This document shows, one piece after another, positions 55,150 to 64,000 of a stretch of DNA of 64,000 nt; position 1 is the stretch's first letter, and the number at the start of each line of letters is the position of its first letter. Position numbers and translations under genes: made by a program. Source of the DNA: Eledone cirrhosa (lineage: Eukaryota); assembly GCA_964016885.1 (NCBI GenBank), contig OZ024744.1, positions 54,498,001 to 54,562,000 of the forward strand, in the 5' to 3' direction. Below the pieces are notes generated by a model. It ran no database searches. It was not told the origin of the DNA and worked only from the letters and a program-made list of their open reading frames with translations.

Positions 55150-55335
55150 ATAGAAAAATCGACCCCAGTACTAGACTGACACCTTTTTTTTTTTTTTTTT
55201 TTTTTTTTTTATTGACCTCGAAATGATGAAAGGCAAGGTTGACCACGGTGGGATTTGAACTCAGAAAGCAGAGAGCTGGAACTAATACCATAAAACATTC
55301 TATACTATGTTTTAACAACTCTGCCTTTTCGCCAC
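55150..55335 (-). mobile_element. tRNA-derived SINE with internal poly(T) tract
   Basis: ATCGACCCCAGTACTAGACTG..T-run..GATGAAAGGCAAGGTTGACCACGGTGGGATTTGAACTCAGAA..TTTTCGCCACCT. Confidence 0.8.
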
Positions 55336-55664
55336 CTAGACTATAGTATCTCACCTTAAATAACTAAAGAAAAATCATTTTTTAATCGACCATACATACT
55401 ATTTTACACATTTCGGAAATACATTCACAGACACTTCACTCAGGCTATGAATGAAAATTACATGAAAATGAACTTGTATCTGATTGAGTTGTATACGTAA
55501 ATCCGGTCATCTTTTTCCAGCCTACTACAGATTTCTAGAAAATATCACATAATCCACATGATAGGTGCAATGTGTCCGAACATGGAAGAGCCGAACTCCC
55601 ACTGTCATCGACTCCATCTCTCTGTATTGTGAGAAAATGGAGTCCCACGTGCTGGCCTCCCCAC

Positions 55665-55930
55665 AGCCCCGACGGACAGAATGGTGAAGGTTTTTCCCCG
55701 GAGGATGGTAAGGGAGATGCGCTGGAAGAGCCATTCCAACTCGCGAGGCTCACACCTGCGGCTGGCCAGCTCAGCGCCTCTGGGGGTGAGTAGGGAGGAA
55801 GCCCTAGGCTAAGGATACCAGAAGTCTCCACTGCCAAGGGCACGACCGCAAACCTGTCGGAGATTGACCGGTACTTGGAGAGGTTGCCCTCTTCAGCCCG
55901 ACGTGTCGCTGCAAGTGGCATCCCAGACCA
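55665..55930 (-). mobile_element. Second CRE-clade fragment: endonuclease C-terminus
   Basis: Across frames: VWDATCSDT, RAEEGNLSKYRSISDRFAVVPLAVETSG, CEPRELEWLFQRISLTILRG. Confidence 0.85.
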
Positions 55931-55971
55931 CTCATTGATTGACAATAAGGGTTACATATTGATATATAATT

Positions 55972-56160
55972 GTTTCTACTTTAGGCAAAAGGCCAGCAAT
56001 TTGAAGGAGAGGGGAAAGTCGATTAAATCGACTTCAGTACATTACTGGTACTTTATTTTATCGACCCCCTAAGGAAGAAAAGCAAAGTTAACCTCGGCGG
56101 GATTTGAACTCAGAACGTAAAGGGTTATAACTCTGTGTCGAAAAGCATGTTGTCCGAACA
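55972..56160 (-). mobile_element. tRNA-derived SINE (Octopus-type)
   Basis: TTTCTACTTTAGGCAAAAGGCCAGCAATTT..AAAGTTAACCTCGGCGGGATTTGAACTCAGAACGTAAAGGG. Confidence 0.88.
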
Positions 56161-56395
56161 ACCATATATTGATCTTCCATAACGATAACATATTTACAAA
56201 AACAAACACTCATTAATCTACAATAACAAAAACATTGGAGTACATTAACGATCACATATCTATCTACAATAATAACTATATATTGATCTAAAGCACCAAT
56301 AGCATAATGATCTACAATAACAAATACATATTGCTCAATAACAACCACATATTGCGCTACAATAACAAATATTGCTCTACAATAACAACCACATG
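56160..56395. repeat. ~24-bp degenerate minisatellite
   Basis: About 10 units resembling AACCACATATTGATCTACAATAAC. Confidence 0.75.
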
Positions 56396-56594
56396 TATTT
56401 AAGAACCAAATTCCAATTTAGTTAAAAATTCAAAGTCTTTCATAGACAAGAGGCTCATCAGATTGGAGTTTATTTTGGTTCTTAAAAATTAACTAAAAAA
56501 ATATTTATATTCTTATTCTTATATTGACTTTTGACTTCAATGTAAGAAGCCCCGACCCACGATTCACCTTTTCTGTCTATATAGATGTGTGTGT

Positions 56595-56875
56595 ATACAT
56601 ACATACATGACGGCTGCAAATTGATTTCAAGTAATACCATTGCTTGATACGTAAGTATGAGCATCACGGACGTAGCTTTTTAGTCCTGCTCGGGACTTGC
56701 CTATAGCCAGCAATGTCATGCATCGCGAAAAATGCCATATCAAGAGGTACCTGGGCTTGAAGCTTTTTTTTTAAAGTGAAGAAATTCTTTGCACGGGGCC
56801 AATCCCACGCTCTAAACATCGAATGCATTTGCCCAAAAAGAACTGGTCAACCTTATTGGATGCTAACGAAGGCAC
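56595..56875 (-). mobile_element. Diverged subfamily copy of the RTE-derived non-autonomous element
   Basis: Minus strand CATCCAATAAGGTTGACCAGTTCTTTTTGG..GAGCGTGGGATTGGC aligns by eye with the copies at 58-59 kb. Ends GKSRAGLKSYVRDAH..GCAGCCGTC followed by (ATGT)n. Confidence 0.65.
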
Positions 56876-56965
56876 GCGCACACACACATACGTACACACA
56901 CACATATTTACGTACATACATATATATACGTACATACATACATATACGTACATACATATATATAT

Positions 56966-57463
56966 GGTGGCTGCCAACTCGTTTTCGAGTACGGCCACTA
57001 CTTTATATCTATGTAGGAGAAGCCCTACCGATGCGCTAAACAAGTGAGACTTTTAGTCCAGCCAGCGACTTGAAAACTCTGGTACAAATACTACACCTGT
57101 GACAATTATTGACACATAGTGCTGGGCCCATGGCACCATGTGACAAGTGCAGAGAGATCTCCAGATATAAAGCAATGCCTGTGCCGTGAGCAAAGGCACT
57201 GCACAAAGCCAGTCCCACTCTCTTAACCAAGATGATATTTACCAAAAAGAAGTCAACATCATTGGATACCATCAGGGTTGCAGGTGTTATATCAGAGTTT
57301 TCCTTCTCCTAGAATTTTGCCTTGACAAAGGCTAAAGGGTCATCTCTCCCGGTGATTTTGGCTGGCAATTGACTCTTAAGAGCTCCTTTGCCCTTTGACA
57401 GGTTTTGTTTTTAGTCCTGCAGGATGTCCAAAGTCACCCTCCAGTTTAGTCGCCAACGACTCG
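56966..57463 (-). mobile_element. RTE-derived non-autonomous retroelement, copy 1
   Basis: Near-identical reverse complement of 58996-59540 with small deletions. Microsatellite tail at 56880-56965. Confidence 0.85.
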
Positions 57464-57464
57464 A

Positions 57465-57548
57465 CATACATATATATACGAACATATATACGTACATACA
57501 TATATCGACGTAATACATATATATACATACATAAATATACACATATAT

Positions 57549-57613
<65 letters not shown>

Positions 57614-57655
57614 TATATACATAAAAAAAATATATATATACATATATATATATAT
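57465..57655. repeat. (TA)n/(CATA)n microsatellite
   Basis: Direct inspection. Confidence 0.95.
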
Positions 57656-57659
57656 TGTT

Positions 57660-58260
57660 ATACTTTGGGAGGGTCATGTTGCCAATAAGAAACACACGCA
57701 CCAGTTGCTTTCACTTCAATTTATTATATATTTATAAATTTACAAATCTATAAATTTCTGGTTGGTTGGTTCCACAACCAGATAGTTGTTTATATATAGT
57801 CAGTCCTTTCGTCACACATTCTGTGACCTCTTCAGTGACTGGGGATTCCTTTCTTTGTTTCTGTGCCTTTCCTTTCTTCTGTCCTACGCCATTTTTTTTC
57901 TGTGTGTGTGTTGTGTGCTCAGTTTGCGCATGCGCCACATCCGGGTGTGTGTTAGTGTTCATTTATCTATTTGTTTATTTATTTACATGTTATTGGCTGG
58001 TTGTTTGTTCTATGTGTGTGTGTGTTTTCATTTTGTCCTTAATTGTAAGTTGTGATGTTGCTGTTCCACTCATATTTTCTATTTAATTTTGGTTGTAATT
58101 CTTTTATGTTTACTGCCTCTGTAATTTGTCTAAACATTGCATCTTTTCTGTGTGTAGATTCTATTTTTATTTCTATGTTCTCTAATTTACCCCTGTGTTC
58201 TATCTTAGCATGTTGGTAGAGTACAGATGATTCTTTATTATCTTGAAGGTCTCGCCAGAT
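57660..58260 (-). mobile_element. Penelope-like element 3' end (GIY-YIG C-terminus plus terminal region)
   Basis: Open minus frame 58260-58039 absent from the ORF track: IWRDLQDNKESSVLYQHAKIEHRG..DAMFRQITEAVNIKELQPKLNRKYEW. Followed by a hammerhead-like core and AATAAA. Confidence 0.8.
57798..57840 (-). ncRNA. Degenerate minimal hammerhead ribozyme
   Basis: Minus strand AGTCA-CTGAAGA-G-GTCACA(GAATG)TGTGAC-GAAA-GGAC-TGACT. Stems I and II are present; stem III and the UH site are defective. Confidence 0.6.
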
Positions 58261-58423
58261 CCGAAGGTCTTGAAGGTCTAGCTAGATCCGAACTTAGAAA
58301 TATTATAGAACAGTATAGCAAGAAGAATAATAGAATAGAGGCCCAGCAACTGGGAGAAATCTGCAAATGGCTTGCGTAAGCTCATGCAACGCTCACGTAA
58401 TGGAGAGATAGCATGCTTTCCAA

Positions 58424-58786
58424 CAGGAAAACTCTGATATAACACCTGCAACTCTGATGGTATCCAATGATGTTGACTTGTTCTTCTTTTTGGTAAATAT
58501 CATCTTGGTTAAGAGAGTGGGACTGGCTTTGTGCATTGCCTTTGCTCACTATAAAAGCTTCACGGCACAGGCATTGCTTTATATCTGGAGATCTCTCTGC
58601 ACTTGTCGTCACATGGTACCAAAGGCAAAGCACTGTGTCAATAATTGTCACAAGTGTAGTGTTTGTACCAGAGTTTTCAAGTCGCTGGCTGGACTAAAAA
58701 GTCACACTCGTTCAGCGCATTGGTAGGGGTTCTCCTACATGGATATAAAGTAGTGGCCGTACTCGAGAACGAGTTGGCAGCCACCA
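58424..58786 (+). mobile_element. RTE-derived non-autonomous retroelement, copy 2 (5'-truncated or chimeric)
   Basis: GGAAAACTCTGATATAA..GAGTTGGCAGCCACC followed by (ATGT)n. Encodes a C2H2 remnant CSVCTRVFKSLAGLKSHTRSAH. Confidence 0.85.
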
Positions 58787-58937
58787 TGTATGTATGTATG
58801 AATGTGTATATATGTATGTATGTGTATATATGTGTATATATGTGTGTATGTATGTATGTGTATATGTGTGTATGTATATATGTATGTATGTATGTATATG
58901 TGTATGTATGTATATGTGTATATATGTGTATATATGT

Positions 58938-59540
58938 CAGGTCACCAGTTGGTGCTACTGGTAACATGTATCCCAGTACAACCTGTCTCATGGTCGGGTC
59001 GTTGGCGACTAAACTGGCAACCCGACCAAGGTTTCTTGGTGAGGAGGGTGATTTTGGACATCCTGCAGGACTAAAGACAAAACCTGTCAAAGGGCAAAAG
59101 AGCTATTAGGAGTCAATGGCCATCCAAAATCACCGGGAGAGATGACCCCTTAGCCTTTGTCAAGGCAGAATTCTAGGAGAAGGAAAACTCTGATATAATA
59201 CCTGCAACCCTGATGGTATCCAATGATGTTGACTTGTTCTTCTTTTTGGTAAATATCATCTTGGTTAAGAGAGTGGGACTGGCTTTGTGCCGTGCCTTTG
59301 CTCACTATAAAAGCTTCACGGCACAGGCATTGCTTTATATCTGGAGATCTCTCTGCACTTGTCGTCACATGGTACCATGGGCCCAGCACTATGTGTTAAT
59401 AATTGTCACAGGTGTAGTGTTTGTACCAGAGTTTTCAAGTCGCTGTCTGGACTAAAAAGTCACACTTGTTCAGCGCATCGGTAGGAGTTCTACATGGATA
59501 TAAAGTAGTGGCCGTACTCGAAAACGAGTTGGCAGCCACC
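58938..59540 (+). mobile_element. RTE-derived non-autonomous retroelement, copy 3 (longest)
   Basis: ~600 bp between microsatellites, with the same 3' end GAGTTGGCAGCCACC(ATGT)n. Confidence 0.85.
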
Positions 59541-59593
59541 ATGTATATATGTATATATGTATATATGTATATGTATGTATATGTATGTATATG

Positions 59594-59625
<32 letters not shown>

Positions 59626-59658
59626 TGTATGTATGTATGTATGTATGTATGTGTATGT

Positions 59659-60092
59659 CTTCTCTTTCTCTTAATTTCGAGTATATTTTTTTGACCGGAC
59701 ACCTTCCTGGTGGCAAGGTTGTAAAAGAAAAGAAATTGTCATCCCTTGAATCGCAAGAATGTTTTGCATATTTTGAAGGTGCCAGCTATCGCAGCCATTT
59801 GTAGACTATGAATTAGGGAGCTGCGCTTTTTGTCCGCAAATCCAAGTTCGGTCATACTTTGGTCCAAGCGGGTTGGTATATAACCCGTAGCACCAATAAT
59901 GATGGGTATGAAGCTAAAGGTGTATCTTGGATACTGGATTTGTAAGCTCCTCATCAATGGTCCGTAGATGTCCTCCTTCTCCTGTATTTTTCTGACAACG
60001 TTTACATCAAGTGGGCAGCTGATCTCCACAACAGAACACGTTTTCAATGTGTGGTCCCAAACTACAATATCAGGCCGGTTGTGCTTTAATTT
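59659..60092 (-). mobile_element. 5'-truncated R4/Dong-like non-LTR retrotransposon (restriction-like endonuclease plus 3' UTR)
   Basis: Uninterrupted [65 protein letters not shown], with an ~80-bp 3' UTR. Confidence 0.82.
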
Positions 60093-60290
60093 ATGTATGT
60101 ATGTATGTATGTATGTATGTATGTATGTATGTATGTATGTATATATGTATGTATGTATGTATATATATATGTATATATATATGTATGTATGTATGTATAT
60201 ATATATATGTATGTATGTATGTATATATATATGTATATATATATGTATATATATATGTATGTATATATATATGTATATATATATGTATAC

Positions 60291-60329
<39 letters not shown>

Positions 60330-60371
60330 GTATGTATATATATATGTATATATATATGTATGTATATATAT
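60093..60371. repeat. (TATG)n/(TA)n microsatellite
   Basis: Direct inspection. Confidence 0.95.
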
Positions 60372-60571
60372 NNNNNNNNNNNNNNNNNNNNNNNNNNNNN
60401 NNNNNNNNNNNNNNNNNNNNNNNNNNNNNNNNNNNNNNNNNNNNNNNNNNNNNNNNNNNNNNNNNNNNNNNNNNNNNNNNNNNNNNNNNNNNNNNNNNNN
60501 NNNNNNNNNNNNNNNNNNNNNNNNNNNNNNNNNNNNNNNNNNNNNNNNNNNNNNNNNNNNNNNNNNNNNNN
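60372..60571. other. Assembly gap (200 N)
   Basis: Run of exactly 200 N; true size unknown. Confidence 0.99.
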
Positions 60572-62075
60572 AAATAACAACTGCTTAGTTAAAAATATAG
60601 TATACAATTGTAATGTTAATACTGACTCTAATTCTTTTAACTACGTCGGTTCCACATCGACGGAATTTAAACTTCGCTATAATAACCACAAGAATTCTTT
60701 CACAGATCCAAATAAAAAATCTTCAACGGCACTATCAGGTGTACTCTGGCAACTTAAGCTAGATAACGTTAGATATTCGACGGCTTGGAATATAGTCTCA
60801 AGAGGGATTCCTTTTAATTCATCCTCTGAGACATGTGACCTCTGCGCAGAGGAGATATTCTTTATACTAAAATCTAAAAATTCCCTTAACCTACGGACAA
60901 ATTTATTCAGTTGTTGCAAACATAGATTAAACTCAACGTTTAAATATAAATTTAAATTTAAAATGTAGTATATTTAGTTTGATTTATATTTATATGAGAA
61001 CTAGCCGATAAATCTTTTGATTCCTAAATCTTTGATTCCCTCTTTTTACTGTTTATTTTATTGTATTTATTTTTATTTTTATTTTTTATTTTTATTTTTA
61101 TCTAAACATTCCTCATGAAAAATTAAGCTACCCTAAAAGCCGATGCTCCAAATTTTGTGAATTAACCTTACACTTGATAAACTTATATATTAAATATAGG
61201 AACATATGTAGACATTATTGGACATCATAACCTTTTTTTTGCGATATTCCTTGCTAGATGTGATTTGATAGATAATTTTTGGCTTTGTCTTGTAGTGAAC
61301 TTGGCAATATATTGTCAATTAACCTTGAAGGGTTGTTCTTTGTGGTTTATTTTTTATTTTTATTTTTATTTTTATTTTTATTTTTATTTTTATTTTTATT
61401 TTTATTCTTTTAGTATTGTAGTATTCTATAATATTTTTATATTTTTATTTTTTATTTTTTATTTTTTATTTTTTATTTTATTTTATTTTTATTTTTAATA
61501 TTTTTATATGTAAAGTTTTAATACGTAATAATTTTAAAACATAGTATTTTTAATATGCAATATTTTTATTATGTAATATTCTTTCGTAATATTCTTTTTT
61601 AGTTTTCTATTCTATATTTTTATATTTTTATATATTTTTACTTATTATCATTATTATTGTTATCTCTGCTTATAATATAATATATATTTTCGATTAGTAT
61701 ATTGAAATCTGCTCTCTATTTCTGCTTGATAGATAATCTTGTAGAGTAATCGCAAGAATAATAATACGCTCAAATGTTTATACCACATTGAGAATGTTTT
61801 CCGGTAACTTTGAATTTGCGGAGTGAATCAGTTGGATTCACATAGACATATGAATTTTTTAAAAAACTAAACATAAGATAATGAATTTTCACGCATTGTG
61901 AATACTTGTTTCATTCAGGAATACTGATATTTACAATATAGTGTAAGTTTTATAAATACTAATACATTAAAACATAGGGTTTTATACGCCTCGAATATGT
62001 CTGGCTATTTTTAAATTTTTCTCTCTCTATATCTCTCTATATCTCTCTATATCTCCCTTACATTAATACTTGAGC

Positions 62076-62110
<35 letters not shown>

Positions 62111-62660
62111 ATGCATCATTGATACACTTACTCAAAATGACCTCCCACTACCTAATTTTTCTATATCTATATTTATATATGTATCTATCTCTATTTCCTC
62201 TCTCTATATATATATATATATCTCTTTCGGTCTCTTTACATGAAGCTCTTCGCTTTATCTATTTTTCCATCTCTCTATTTTGTCCCATGCATTTCTTCTT
62301 TTTCTTCTTTTTCTTCCTTTTCTTCGTTTCGTCTTTCTTTCTTTCTTATTTCCCTCTTTTCTCTCTCTCTTTCTTTCTCTCTGTATTTTCACTGCTAGAG
62401 TGAACCTCTTCAAATGAAGTTGATGTTTATTACGGTATGTCGAATATATTTATCTATAAAACTGTTTATATTGTATTTTGTCTGATGAAGGCATAGCATA
62501 TTGTTAATATGATATCCCCGAAATATATATAATGAAATAAATATGGTTTTATAAATATAGTTTTCCATTTATTTAATATTGTAAATATACTCCAAGTATT
62601 TGTCGAGTGCTTTTATATCAGTTATAAATATTTACTAGTTGTAACCCAACAATTTAAATA
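60572..62660 (+). mobile_element. Penelope-like element 3' part (GIY-YIG endonuclease 60572-60968 plus long AT-rich 3' region)
   Basis: CLVKNIVY..YVGSTSTEFKLRYNNHKNSF..TALS..LWQLK..WNIV..CDLCAEE..LNLRTNLFSCCKH. Hammerhead core at 62474-62539. The linkage of the ORF to the hammerhead across 1.5 kb is inferred. Confidence 0.8.
62474..62539 (+). ncRNA. Minimal type I hammerhead ribozyme
   Basis: Stem I TATTTTGT/ATGAAATA, CTGATGA (62482), 13-position stem II with 2 mismatches and GTT loop, GAAA (62520), palindromic TATATA stem III, UA cleavage site at 62530-62531. Confidence 0.75.
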
Positions 62661-62671
62661 TAACTTTACAT

Positions 62672-64000
<1,329 letters not shown>

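Noticed and set aside
55183-55210. Processed-pseudogene poly(A) tail
   Set aside because: The T-run sits inside a SINE at its T-rich TTTATTTT position; it is a local expansion.
58457-58726. Host C2H2 zinc-finger gene
   Set aside because: Single finger within a multicopy retroelement 3' end, and degenerate in the sibling copies.

Overview
Eukaryotic, repeat-dominated window. The host is probably an octopod cephalopod, inferred from many copies of an Octopus-type tRNA-derived SINE. Bases 1-39567 are one uninterrupted tandem array of an 82-bp satellite, roughly 480 monomers. Its monomer is built almost entirely of short dyads, and the array contains multi-kb higher-order block duplications, one fold-back inversion scar and a homogenised terminal run. 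Bases 39568-64000 are decayed transposons: two CRE-clade non-LTR fragments, a mariner relic, several RTE-type LINE fragments, an old tandem array of SINE-plus-flank units, an internally deleted gypsy element beside a frameshifted S/T/N-rich exon-like ORF, RTE-derived non-autonomous elements with (ATGT)n tails, an R4/Dong-like fragment inside a (TATG)n tract, two Penelope-like 3' ends, microsatellites and a 200-N gap. Three hammerhead-ribozyme cores were read by eye: one plausibly intact minimal core in a Penelope terminal region, one degenerate core, and one in a 288-bp retrozyme-like unit. No intact host gene is supported. All family assignments come from motif recognition by eye, not database searches.
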